Assembly: GCA_042408215.1 (NCBI GenBank)
Contig: JAYFMW010000017.1
Coordinates: forward strand, 288,001 to 352,000
Length of the DNA: 64,000 bases
DNA from: Microcoleus sp.
GTDB lineage: Bacteria > Cyanobacteriota > Cyanobacteriia > Cyanobacteriales > Microcoleaceae
Direction of reading: 5' to 3'
Part shown: positions 23,572-32,972 of the stretch, one piece after another
How the letters are laid out: the number at the start of each line of letters is the position of its first letter
How positions within the stretch are numbered: the first letter of the stretch is position 1
Position numbers and translations under genes: made by a program
The notes under the pieces: model-generated
The model's database searches: none
Told to the model about the DNA's origin: nothing
What the model saw: only the letters and a program-made list of their open reading frames with translations

Positions 23572-25188
23572 TTAAACTGCAACGAGAGTAGGCTCTAAAG
23601 TGGCCACTAATTTGAGATTGTACTCATCTTCAAAGGCGGGCTTTTTATAATCCAAGCTCCAGACTTCTAGGGCGCAATCATCAGCGGGATTAAGGGGTTG
23701 GATACGCAAATGAAACTCTCTCACTTCCGGTCTTAATTCACATTTGAAATCAGAAATTGCACCTATTTGTCGCCTATCTAAAGCCACAGCTAACCGGAGA
23801 AAAGGATGCAAATTACTAACCATCACCCGGTATTTTTTCGGCAATATCATAAAAGTCTCATGCTTCTTTTTAGGAGAACTTTTCCGGTGATAGCGAGCCA
23901 AATTTGCAATGACTTCAATCTCTGTTTCAGTGTATCCCAATAACTCACCATTGCGAATTAAATAGTACGAATGCTTGTGGTGCGCCGAATGACTGACATA
24001 CAAACCGCTGTTGTGTAAAATTGCGGCCGCCCACAACAATTCCCGTTCTTCCGTTCCCCAATTATGCAGAATTCCTTGGGTTTGGTCGAACAAATTGAGC
24101 GTAAATGCTGCGGTTCTTTCGCTGTGTTCTAAATTGACTTGATATTTGTCAGCCATGTGCAGAATGCTGCGCTGGCGGATTGAACCTTGGTAGCGCAAGC
24201 GGTTTTCAATTAAACCGCGAGACAGCATCCAGTCAACAATTACGCCTTCTCTCAGAGATCGATCGCACACAGTCAGAAATTCCATTCCTAATAGTGTCAT
24301 GGCTTCCTGCAAAATCAAAGCACCCGCCAGAATAATTTCTGCCCGCTTGTCCGACATTCCGGGAATTGCCAACCTTTCGGTATAAGAAAGTTTGCGAAAA
24401 CGATTGACTAAATCGCGCAAATCTTTTAAACTTAATTGATAGCCAGCCAGGGGACTTGGTACGGTTCCAAACTTTTCGCGAGCATTAATTGCAGCTAAAG
24501 TTTCGATGGTTCCAGCAGTACCAATTAAACGGAGAGTTTCGCCAGCATTGAATTGAGCCCGCAATTCGTCGATCGGTCTTTCCAGCGCAATCCGAATATA
24601 AGCTTGCAAATAGGCAAACTCTTCCCTGCTAATCGGGTCAGTTTTGACAAATTCTCCCGTGAGGCGAACAGCGCCAATTTTGGTACTCGTGAGACAGAGC
24701 GGCTCGACACTGTCCCCTAGAATTAATTCGGTAGAACCGCCCCCAATGTCAATAATCACCTGGGATTGATTGTTGAATTCCATCCCCGAAAGTACGCCGA
24801 GATAAATTCTCCGCGCTTCTTCCTGACCGGAAATTAAGCTAACATTAAGGTCTAAGTCATCAGCAACTTGTTTGAGAAAATCTCGCCCGTTAGGGGCTTC
24901 TCGAACAGCACTGGTAGCCACAGCGATCACTTGTTCAGCATTGAAAGTTTTCGCAATACCTTGAAAACGGCGCAAAGTCGCGATCGCCCTTTCCATCACT
25001 TCTAACTTCAAACACCCTGTTTTTGTTTCGCAATCACCCAATCGAACCGTATCTTTTTCTCTAGCAATAATCGTAAAAGCAGGCAATTTCGCATCGATTC
25101 GCGCTACCACCATATGAAACGAGTTAGTACCCATATCAATGGCAGCAATAATGCGATTTGACTCCGCAGAAGCAAGTGAATTAACCAT
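23572..25188 (-). CDS. ppx: Ppx/GppA exopolyphosphatase
   Basis: AAIDMGTNSFH, ATSAVREA, DIGGGSTE, HD-like C-terminal domain. Alternative start at 25221. Confidence 0.93.
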   Translation of the reverse strand: MVNSLASAESNRIIAAIDMGTNSFHMVVARIDAKLPAFTIIAREKDTVRLGDCETKTGCLKLEVMERAIATLRRFQGIAKTFNAEQVIAVATSAVREAPNGRDFLKQVADDLDLNVSLISGQEEARRIYLGVLSGMEFNNQSQVIIDIGGGSTELILGDSVEPLCLTSTKIGAVRLTGEFVKTDPISREEFAYLQAYIRIALERPIDELRAQFNAGETLRLIGTAGTIETLAAINAREKFGTVPSPLAGYQLSLKDLRDLVNRFRKLSYTERLAIPGMSDKRAEIILAGALILQEAMTLLGMEFLTVCDRSLREGVIVDWMLSRGLIENRLRYQGSIRQRSILHMADKYQVNLEHSERTAAFTLNLFDQTQGILHNWGTEERELLWAAAILHNSGLYVSHSAHHKHSYYLIRNGELLGYTETEIEVIANLARYHRKSSPKKKHETFMILPKKYRVMVSNLHPFLRLAVALDRRQIGAISDFKCELRPEVREFHLRIQPLNPADDCALEVWSLDYKKPAFEDEYNLKLVATLEPTLVAV

Positions 25189-25283
25189 TAGAGTGTATCG
25201 GGGTTGACAGATATTTTTCATTATTTCACGAATTTACTGAGCGATCGGCTTAAAATATTAAAAATCTCAAATCTAAAATTAAA

Positions 25284-26168
25284 ATGTCTACCGAGCCCGA
25301 TCGCCCAACCGAATCCACATTGCTAGCCATCGTGAGGCTTTTGAGATGGGACAAGCCAGCAGGACGCCTAATTTTAATGATTCCAGCCCTCTGGGCGGTC
25401 TTTTTAGCGGCCCACGGAAAGCCGCCCGCAGCATTGGTGGGTGTGATTGTCTTGGGCACCTTAGCCACGAGTGCGGCGGGATGCGTCGTCAACGACTTGT
25501 GGGATCGGGATATCGATCCCGAAGTCGAAAGAACTCGATCGCGCCCCCTAGCATCCCGCGCCCTGAAAGTGCAAACTGGAATCGGAGTTGCTTTAATTTC
25601 CTTTGCTTGCGCCGCCATTCTCGCATTTTATCTCAATCCATTAAGTTTTTGGCTGTGCGTCGCCGCCGTACCTGTAATTATCTGCTATCCCCTAGCAAAA
25701 AGATTCTTTCCAGTACCACAATTAGTGTTATCAATCGCCTGGGGATTTGCAGTTTTAATTAGTTGGAGTGCCGCCGTTGGGAAACTAGAATTAGCCACCT
25801 GGTTGTTGTGGGGTGCTGTGGTGCTATGGACTTTGGGATTTGATACAGTTTATGCCATGAGCGATCGGGAAGATGACCTGCGTTTGGGCGTGAATTCCAG
25901 CGCTATTTTTTTCGGAGATTCTGCGGCTAATGCGGTGGGTTTTTTCTTGATAGCTACAGTCGGTTTATTAGCAGCAATGGGGATTAATTTACAGTTGCAT
26001 ATTGGTTTTTGGATTGCAATTTTGGGGGCGGCGATTCTGTGGTTCTTGCAGTACAGTCAACTGCGAAAAGCCGACATTCCTAGGCCTGTTTACGGTCAAA
26101 TTTTTCGCCAAAATGTTTGGGTTGGGTTTGTATTGTTGGCGGGGATGATTGTTGGGGAGATTTTTTAA
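25284..26168 (+). CDS. plqA: 4-hydroxybenzoate solanesyltransferase (UbiA family)
   Basis: LLRWDKPAG, NDLWDRDID, RPLAS, DTVYAMSDREDD. Confidence 0.9.
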   Translation: MSTEPDRPTESTLLAIVRLLRWDKPAGRLILMIPALWAVFLAAHGKPPAALVGVIVLGTLATSAAGCVVNDLWDRDIDPEVERTRSRPLASRALKVQTGIGVALISFACAAILAFYLNPLSFWLCVAAVPVIICYPLAKRFFPVPQLVLSIAWGFAVLISWSAAVGKLELATWLLWGAVVLWTLGFDTVYAMSDREDDLRLGVNSSAIFFGDSAANAVGFFLIATVGLLAAMGINLQLHIGFWIAILGAAILWFLQYSQLRKADIPRPVYGQIFRQNVWVGFVLLAGMIVGEIF

Positions 26169-26292
26169 TCCATGCCGGGCGCGCTTTGATCGAAGAAACC
26201 GGGTTTTTTACCGAATCTGCGGGCTATAACGAACTATTTTCGTAAAAAACCCGGTTTCTGGGCCCCATGCGTAAGTCCTATAGTAATTATTT

Positions 26293-28383
26293 TCAGGTGC
26301 AAAAACGCCACATCTTAATAGTTCTATCTCGGCTACCACTTACGAGAGTTTGTCCGTCAGGACTAAAGGCCAGACAATAAACAGTGTCTGAATGTCCGAG
26401 AGTGTGAATCGGTTCTCCGGTAAATAAATCCCAAATTCTAATAGTGCGATCGGCACTACCGCTGGCGAGATATTTGCCGTCAGGGCTAAAGGCAACAGCA
26501 TAAACATCATCCGTATGCCCTGTCAAGTTGCTTTTGATTTCTCCACTGCTTAAACGCCATAGTTTAATCGGTTGCTTCGCCCCGCCGCTGGCGAGAGTTT
26601 GTCCGTCGGGACTGAAGGAAACAGTATAAACGATGTTGTCGCTAAAAAAAGAACGAGTCCAACCAATAGGGCCGTCCCCAGGGCCGTTTAAATTGCTGAT
26701 TTCTCTGCCTGTTTGAAGATTCCAAAGCTTGATATTGCTGTCGAAACTTCCACTAGCCATTATATTGCCGTCGGGAGCGATCGCAACGTCATGAACTGCC
26801 CAAACATGACCTCTGAGAGTGTGTCGCAATTCCCCGGTTTCGAGGTTCCAAACTTTCACGGTACTGTCAGCGTGGTGTCCGCTGACTAAAGTTTTGCCAT
26901 TAGGAGTTAGGGCGATCGACCATACAGAAAGAACCACCCAGTCATCGCCTTTGAGAGTGCGTTTTAGTTGCCAGGTTTGAGTATCCCACAATTTAATAGT
27001 GCCGTCAGGATTGGCGCTGCTGCTAGCAAGAGTTTTGCCATCGCTGCTGAAAGTAACGCAAGTCACGCCGCCAGAATGTTCGGTGAGATTTTCGAGAAGT
27101 TCTCCTGTTGTCAGGTTCCATACTTTAATCGTTTGGTCCAGACTGCAACTAGCGAAAATTTGACCGTCTGGGTGAATGGCGACTGATTTAATAATGTCTG
27201 AATGATCTGTGAGAGTATGTTCGGTTTTCCAAGTTTTTTTAAGTTCCCGAAATGATTCTTGAAATTTTGTTTCTGTTTTACTGAGAAAACCTTGCCAAGT
27301 CGGAGGTTCTACAGCGGGATTTTGGCAAATTATGGGCAACCAAGTCGCCCCCGGAAATTCCTTGTCTAGACCTTCTGTCTCCAAACGTTCCCGTGCTTTC
27401 CGTGCTGCTAAATATAAAGGTTCTCCACTTGAGTACGCCGTCAGAAAATATTTCAAAAACTCTTGAGCAATCCGATCGGGTACAGGTTCCCGCATCACAA
27501 TAACTAGCGGAATGTGCAAATCAGCTAAATTTTCTGCTAACTTCAAACCATCACAGGAATTAAAAATAGCCAACTGCAAGCCGTTTTCTATAGCGCAGCG
27601 CAAACCGTGCTTCAAATCTAGCAGGGTGAGTGTTTCATCGGAATTGATAGCAAGATTGCCACTGTTATTATCACTCCAACTGTGACCAGCAAAAAATAAT
27701 ATATCCCAGTTTTTCTCCCAAAGGCTATCGCTTAATTGTTTCCGTCGAGGTTCGGGAAGAAAAAGTGGTTCTGTATTAGGTAAACTTTTGAGAAACTTCT
27801 GATCGACTTGAACATCAATTCCTTGGCTACAACCCAAAATAGATAATATTTTTATGTTAAACTTTCCTCTTGACGCTGTAACATTTCTGGGAATTTCTGT
27901 ATTTTCAGGGGGGCTGAGGACAATTTCAGAATTGGTGTATGTATCCGCAAATAAATCCCATTCCTGCCAAGGAATTTTTTTCAGTAACTCATCTTTGGTT
28001 TGAATGAATACCCTAATTTCGTCTTTTTTATCTAATTCTCCTATAAGTCTTTCCCTGATTTTTTGAAACTCGCTATCATCAGACTTTCTCAACCACTCTT
28101 TAATGCTTTCTCTTAATTTTTGAGATGATTGGCGACAATCTTCGGGAACCTTGCCAACATCGTTGATAGTTTCTCCCTTCCTGGCTCGAAAACACCAGTC
28201 CATGCGTAAATATTTTTTCTGCCAACTTTGATATATTTCAGGAATCTTTGGTGCTGCGGGCAATCTGCCATCAGCTTCTAAAAAAGCAGAATTTCCGGCT
28301 TGGTAAATTCGCAAGTTAACTTTAAACCCTTGGTCAAAATTGCCATGATTAATCTTTAAGAAAACCAACTTTACACCTGACAT
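26293..28383 (-). CDS. CHAT (caspase/HetF-like) protease domain fused to C-terminal WD40 repeats
   Basis: IPWQEWD, FFAGHS (His), AIFNSCDG (Cys), LVIVMREPVPD; seven WD40 repeats (GH...SxDxTIKxW). Confidence 0.9.
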   Translation of the reverse strand: MSGVKLVFLKINHGNFDQGFKVNLRIYQAGNSAFLEADGRLPAAPKIPEIYQSWQKKYLRMDWCFRARKGETINDVGKVPEDCRQSSQKLRESIKEWLRKSDDSEFQKIRERLIGELDKKDEIRVFIQTKDELLKKIPWQEWDLFADTYTNSEIVLSPPENTEIPRNVTASRGKFNIKILSILGCSQGIDVQVDQKFLKSLPNTEPLFLPEPRRKQLSDSLWEKNWDILFFAGHSWSDNNSGNLAINSDETLTLLDLKHGLRCAIENGLQLAIFNSCDGLKLAENLADLHIPLVIVMREPVPDRIAQEFLKYFLTAYSSGEPLYLAARKARERLETEGLDKEFPGATWLPIICQNPAVEPPTWQGFLSKTETKFQESFRELKKTWKTEHTLTDHSDIIKSVAIHPDGQIFASCSLDQTIKVWNLTTGELLENLTEHSGGVTCVTFSSDGKTLASSSANPDGTIKLWDTQTWQLKRTLKGDDWVVLSVWSIALTPNGKTLVSGHHADSTVKVWNLETGELRHTLRGHVWAVHDVAIAPDGNIMASGSFDSNIKLWNLQTGREISNLNGPGDGPIGWTRSFFSDNIVYTVSFSPDGQTLASGGAKQPIKLWRLSSGEIKSNLTGHTDDVYAVAFSPDGKYLASGSADRTIRIWDLFTGEPIHTLGHSDTVYCLAFSPDGQTLVSGSRDRTIKMWRFCT

Positions 28384-28392
28384 TTTTATCGC

Positions 28393-29019
28393 CTACCTTG
28401 TTGGGAATAAAAGAAAATTTTCTATTTGCTTGAAATCACCCAAAGAAACTTCTATCCGAAATGCTTCTCCTGGTAAAAAGAATAATTCTTGTATCATTCC
28501 CTCACTTTGTAATGGTGCTTGAAGTTCTACTAAAGTTTCTTCTGATTCATACACATCCAGCTTAAGGTTTTCTGGCAGATAAGTTTGACTGCCAATAGGA
28601 TAGACTCCTAATATTGTGCTGATTTCTTGGTTTTCGGCTGTTGCTATATCGAGAATTAAAGCTACTGTACGATCGCCTAATTGAATTGATTTAGCTCGTT
28701 TTACAGCTTGCGATCGAAAAGCTGGATTCCGTATGCTCTTACCAAAAACTTCTTCTAATGTCAGCCATGCTTCCTGAATCGCTTCAACAAAATTATTCTG
28801 GAACCATTGGCTCAAATTTATGACTTTTGGCTGTGCTACCAGTTGAGATTCTACAATGGCTCCTACATCCAGCACTTCTATCCCCAGTAAATCACTCAGT
28901 TCCCCTGCTTCAAAGAGGCTCATCATCCGGTAAAAATCTTCCTGAGAGCCTTTGAAAACAAACAAAGTGCTGCTACTCATTTCTGCTTGTTGCTGATTTT
29001 TATCAATTTCATTATTCAT
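28393..29019 (-). CDS. DUF1822-like protein (C-terminal part only)
   Basis: VINLSQWFQN, RAKSIQLG, VYPIGSQTYLPENLKL, PGEAFRIEVSLG match the recalled DUF1822 C-terminal pattern; only 208 aa. Confidence 0.75.
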   Translation of the reverse strand: MNNEIDKNQQQAEMSSSTLFVFKGSQEDFYRMMSLFEAGELSDLLGIEVLDVGAIVESQLVAQPKVINLSQWFQNNFVEAIQEAWLTLEEVFGKSIRNPAFRSQAVKRAKSIQLGDRTVALILDIATAENQEISTILGVYPIGSQTYLPENLKLDVYESEETLVELQAPLQSEGMIQELFFLPGEAFRIEVSLGDFKQIENFLLFPTR

Positions 29020-29542
29020 TTCTTAGCATCTCTATAATTTCTATTTCAATCCCAAGTGTTTTCAATTGTTTTTGCATTTCAATGTCAGATATCTTATTAC
29101 CTTTGACTCTGGCAATGAACATAAATCTTTGCATTTCTACTTGAGGTAATTGCTGATTTTTTTTACATCCTGTATCGCGCATAAATGAGACAACTTTAGG
29201 CCAAGGTGGCAAGCGTTTTTCTTCATCTATGCTCATTATTTCTTTAAGATAAAGGTGTACTGTTTTTGACATATCTGCACTCAGATTTTCACCCTTTTTA
29301 CTGATTTCTGGATCTTTGGTATTGAGCTCTTCTATTGTCGGGGTTTTATATTTAACCATTCTAAAAGCTTTTTCATACCTTGACAACAAACATAAACACA
29401 AACATAAATAGGAAATTTCCCTATAAGAAAGTTGGCTTTTTTTTACTGATTTTAGTCTATTTAAAATACAGTTAATATCGAGATTCTCTCTCTGTTCTGC
29501 TTCCTGACATTCCAGGCAAGGGGGATTTGATATGTTGGTCAT
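29012..29542 (-). CDS. Hypothetical protein resembling degenerate cyanobacterial HTH-type regulators
   Basis: LKSVKKSQLSYREISYL...ADMSKTVHLYLKEIM...W..V..FMRDTG. Its stop overlaps the next start by 8 bp, implying an operon. Confidence 0.6.
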   Translation of the reverse strand: MTNISNPPCLECQEAEQRENLDINCILNRLKSVKKSQLSYREISYLCLCLCLLSRYEKAFRMVKYKTPTIEELNTKDPEISKKGENLSADMSKTVHLYLKEIMSIDEEKRLPPWPKVVSFMRDTGCKKNQQLPQVEMQRFMFIARVKGNKISDIEMQKQLKTLGIEIEIIEMLRNE

Positions 29543-29754
29543 CTTAGCAACGCTCTTTAAGGTTGAGTAACAGACTTCACGTACAGCAATCTATTAGGAG
29601 AGGTATTTTTAACCTTTCCAACTTAATTCCCCAACTTGTTTTGGATTGTTGGGTTCCATGTTGGAATCAGACATTTATAGAGTGGGTATGTAGACAGCAG
29701 TTAGGCCTAACTCAGTTGTCCTTTGTTCAAAAAAATTGACTTGGAGACAAGAGT

Positions 29755-29934
29755 ATGAATTGCAAAGTCTTGATTTCACCCCTCCTCATTGGCTCGATCG
29801 CGATCGGCGTATTAACTTTGATACCAGCCGCAGTTTCAGGTACTTCAATCACTCGGATAGCCTTTGGGTCAGCCACAAAAATCATACCGCGAATTTGTAT
29901 CGATCGAGATGGCAATGAATACCCATGTCCTTGA
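29755..29934 (+). CDS. Small secreted peptide precursor, 59 aa (not in ORF track)
   Basis: MNCKVLISPLLIGSIAIGVLTLIPAAVSGTSITRIAFGSATKIIPRICIDRDGNEYPCP*; GGAG 8 nt upstream of the ATG; signal-peptide-like N-terminus; C-terminal C-x9-C. Confidence 0.65.
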   Translation: MNCKVLISPLLIGSIAIGVLTLIPAAVSGTSITRIAFGSATKIIPRICIDRDGNEYPCP

Positions 29935-30164
29935 TTAATTAGTCATGGACTCATGGGGTATCAGAAACCGGGTTTTTCTAAGAAAATACACAGTTTGCAG
30001 CCCGCAAATTTAGTCAAAAACCCGGTTTCTTTAGTCAGAGTGCGATCGCACTTCAGTAAATCCACCTAAAAAACAGAATTGCCCGATACCCGACTTCTTT
30101 AAGAATTCGGGTATCTCACAGCGCGATTCCCTAGGGGATAGCTACGCACGCGCGTACTTTACCT

Positions 30165-31082
30165 TTAATTCGAGCCACCTAATTGCTTCAGACGCTGACG
30201 AGCCTTACCAATGTAAACATCTTCATCTCGCTCATCCGACTTAGCATATTCCAGAACTTTTTTCCAAGCTTTCACAACTTCTGCATCATTCCCCAGATTT
30301 TCTTGCACTTGAGCCATAATGCCATAAGTTAAACCCCGAACGCTATCTAGTTTAACAGCCTCTTGCAACTTAACCAAAGCTTCTTCATAGCGTCCTTGTT
30401 CCTTCCAAGCCCAAGCAAGATAGGTTAACAACCCAGCTTTGACTATTTTGTCATCCTTAACTTTCTCGGTTTCCACCAGCTTTAAACCGTGTCCGATTTT
30501 TTCAACAGATTTATGAAAATCTTTATATTCAATAATGTACAAACGGGCCAAATTGCAATAAGCAGCAGCAAAGCCACGGAATGCTGCATCCTGATATAGT
30601 TGCATAGCGCGATCGACTATTCCAGCTTCTTCATACATCAATGCCTGATTGTAGTAAGTTGCTGCATTATCTGGGTTAATTTTAAGAGCAAGCTCGAACT
30701 CCTTTCTAGCTGCGACGAATTCGCCAGCTTGTTTTAAATTCACCCCCCGATTGTTAGCATCCCTCGCCGCATCAAAAAAAGTCATTTCTCTTGCTGGTGC
30801 TTCCGGGCGCGATCGCTTCTTGATTGCTTCTTCCATCGCCAGCTTGGATGTTTTTTTAGTAACTTTTTTCCCTTCTCCAATCACCTCTGATACTAGAGTC
30901 CACAAACCCTGAGCCAGCCTTCTCTCGACATAATTAGGGCTATAGCCAGAAATGTTCATATCAGCATAATCGACATCCAGCCAGCTTAGACGAATAATCT
31001 CTTTCTCCGCAAAATCCAGCGATTTGCCTTTCTTTTCCAAAACCCAGGCATCCAAGAGATTCAACATTTCTTCCACTTCCAT
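30165..31082 (-). CDS. N-terminal HTH-like domain plus TPR repeats
   Basis: MEVEEMLNLLD...EKEIIRLSW...GYSPNYV...LWTLVSEVIG...KVTKK resembles the HTH-like N-terminus of cyanobacterial NB-ARC/WD40 proteins; TPRs (NNRGVNL...PDNAATYYN). Confidence 0.8.
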   Translation of the reverse strand: MEVEEMLNLLDAWVLEKKGKSLDFAEKEIIRLSWLDVDYADMNISGYSPNYVERRLAQGLWTLVSEVIGEGKKVTKKTSKLAMEEAIKKRSRPEAPAREMTFFDAARDANNRGVNLKQAGEFVAARKEFELALKINPDNAATYYNQALMYEEAGIVDRAMQLYQDAAFRGFAAAYCNLARLYIIEYKDFHKSVEKIGHGLKLVETEKVKDDKIVKAGLLTYLAWAWKEQGRYEEALVKLQEAVKLDSVRGLTYGIMAQVQENLGNDAEVVKAWKKVLEYAKSDERDEDVYIGKARQRLKQLGGSN

Positions 31083-31369
31083 TGCTTTCCCCAGTTAATC
31101 TATTTTTTGGTAATTATAAGATGATTTTTGTGATTTTTGTGATTTTTGTGATTTCTTCATAAAAATTGTGAACTTTGTGTGTGAATTTTAGCCTTGTTTT
31201 GATTAGGCCACTCCGGGAAAATGTGTAGAAGTAACAACTGTACCAAACTAGGTTTAGGTGAGCTGTCCGAATTGTACCTAAAGTCTGCGAGTTAGTTTAA
31301 TCATTTTTCATCTCTACCAACCTAACCCAAAGTTTCCAGGGTGTTACATCGGGTACATTTACTAAAAGG

Positions 31370-32111
31370 GTGATTATGGAGCGCATAAATGAATTGAGGT
31401 TGAGACTGGAACAATATTCCGATCGCACTCCCAAAGACGAATTATTATGTGAACTAATTCTAGCAATTTGCTCGGAATCACTGGATATTCCCCAGCGTCG
31501 AAAATTTGTCGATCGATTATTTCGGAAACTGCAACTCTCACCAAAATTGTCAAAAGTTTCTCATCCCTATTATTTAGAAGCCCAGAATAAAACTTGGCTA
31601 TGGTTAAACAAGCACCTTCACGAGTTTAATCCCCAACGTTCTCCGATTCAAGCCAGTCTCGTCACTTGGGTTAACGGTAATCTCAGGTATCGAATTCAAG
31701 ATTTATATACGGGCAAAAATGGCAAAAATCAAAACACACTTCCCTTAGAGGCTTTAGAATCCAGCAAATTTTACAAGGACTGTTTGGATGGTTGGGACGC
31801 GGAAATCGAACGGATTGAGAGAGAAGAAAAACAAGCTTTAGCACGGGCGATCGCCAATTATTTAAATGGAGATCCAGAACAGGAACTTCGCAACTGTCAT
31901 CCTCGCAACCGTCCCGACTGCAACTGTCAAATCATTGCTCAAAAATTGCTTTTGGATGAATCGCCAGCAAAAATGTCCACCATCGCCAGACAGTTGAATA
32001 TCAAGGAACACAACTATTCGCTCTTTTTGGAGACGGACAGGATTTTTCAAAGTGCAAGAAATAGCCAGAAAAATTGCTGAAGAATACCCGGAAGTTCTAG
32101 CTGAATGGTGA
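31370..32111 (+). CDS. Sigma-70-like (HetZ-related) regulator with a +1 frameshift near 32010
   Basis: YLEAQNKTWLWL, LVTWVNGNLRYRIQD, DPEQELRNCHPRNRPDCNCQ. The alternate frame after 32010 gives TIRSFWRRTGFFKVQEIARKIAEEY* to 32111. Confidence 0.7.
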
Positions 32112-32252
32112 TTGTTTGTGAGGGCGATCGCTTTCCTAATCACAACGCCGAAAGTAAACTTTATTGAAAAAAGTAGCCACAGCTAACATCTTTGTGGTAC
32201 AGAATGTTGTAGAGGCGATCGCTCAAACTGGTAAAATCCTAGCAAATCCAAC

Positions 32253-32801
32253 ATGAAATCCAAGATCAGACTCAGCAAATTCAACTTATGTGCGATCGGC
32301 ACGATCCTAACTTTCGGGATTTTCGTCAGTACCAAAGCAGACGGAGGAATTGCACAGTTCAGTTTCAGCAACAAATCCACTCAAAATTTAGCACAAACCC
32401 TCCCTCCTCCCCCTTCCCCTTCTCCTTCGTCTTTCCCGTCACCTGCGATCGAACAAGAAGGCCCAGAGATCACTACCGAATCAGGCCCGGAGCAAATAGC
32501 TTTAGCAGCCCATTTGCAGAGAATCAAAGCTAAAATGTACGGTGCTTACTGGTGTCCTTACTGTCACAAGCAACAAGAACTTTTTGGCAAAAAAGCATTT
32601 ACCACACTGACTTACATTGAGTGCGCTCCGAAAGGCAAAGATGCTCAGCCAGACTTGTGCAAAGCCGCAAATATCAAAGCTTATCCAAGTTGGGAAATTA
32701 GGGGAAAATATTATACAGGAATGCAATCTTTGGAAAAACTTGCTATTTTATCTGGTTATCAAGGTAGTCGCAATTTTCAGCAACAAGTTCCTGCTCCTTA
32801 A
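32253..32801 (+). CDS. Exported thioredoxin-like protein (VKOR-associated Trx-type domain)
   Basis: Signal-like N-terminus; ALAAHL...KMYGAYWCPYCHKQQELFG, YIEC, YPSWEI. Confidence 0.8.
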   Translation: MKSKIRLSKFNLCAIGTILTFGIFVSTKADGGIAQFSFSNKSTQNLAQTLPPPPSPSPSSFPSPAIEQEGPEITTESGPEQIALAAHLQRIKAKMYGAYWCPYCHKQQELFGKKAFTTLTYIECAPKGKDAQPDLCKAANIKAYPSWEIRGKYYTGMQSLEKLAILSGYQGSRNFQQQVPAP

Positions 32802-32834
32802 AATATTTAACTGACAAGGCCAACGTTCTCAGCA

Positions 32835-32970
32835 ACAGAGGAGACGGCAATGCCGTTTCCCTACCCCAAAATAATCCATTGCGCGATCGAGAGATTTAAC
32901 CATCGCCCGATTAATTGTAGGGAAACGACTGTCTTGTCCCTGATTATGGGTAATATTAATTCCGATGCCA
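32835..32970. repeat. REP-like GTAGGGA.ACGGCA.TGCCGTTTCCCTAC doublet; related copy at about 62146-62285
   Basis: Both loci share CGGCA.TGCCGTTTCCCTAC...AATTGTAGGGA.ACG...ATTAATTCCGATGCCA. Confidence 0.7.
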
Positions 32971-32972
32971 CC

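Noticed and set aside
29727..29918. ORF-track ORFs 29727-29915(-) and 29736-29918(+)
   Set aside because: Non-ATG starts and no recognisable features; the 29755-29934 frame has an RBS, ATG and signal peptide.
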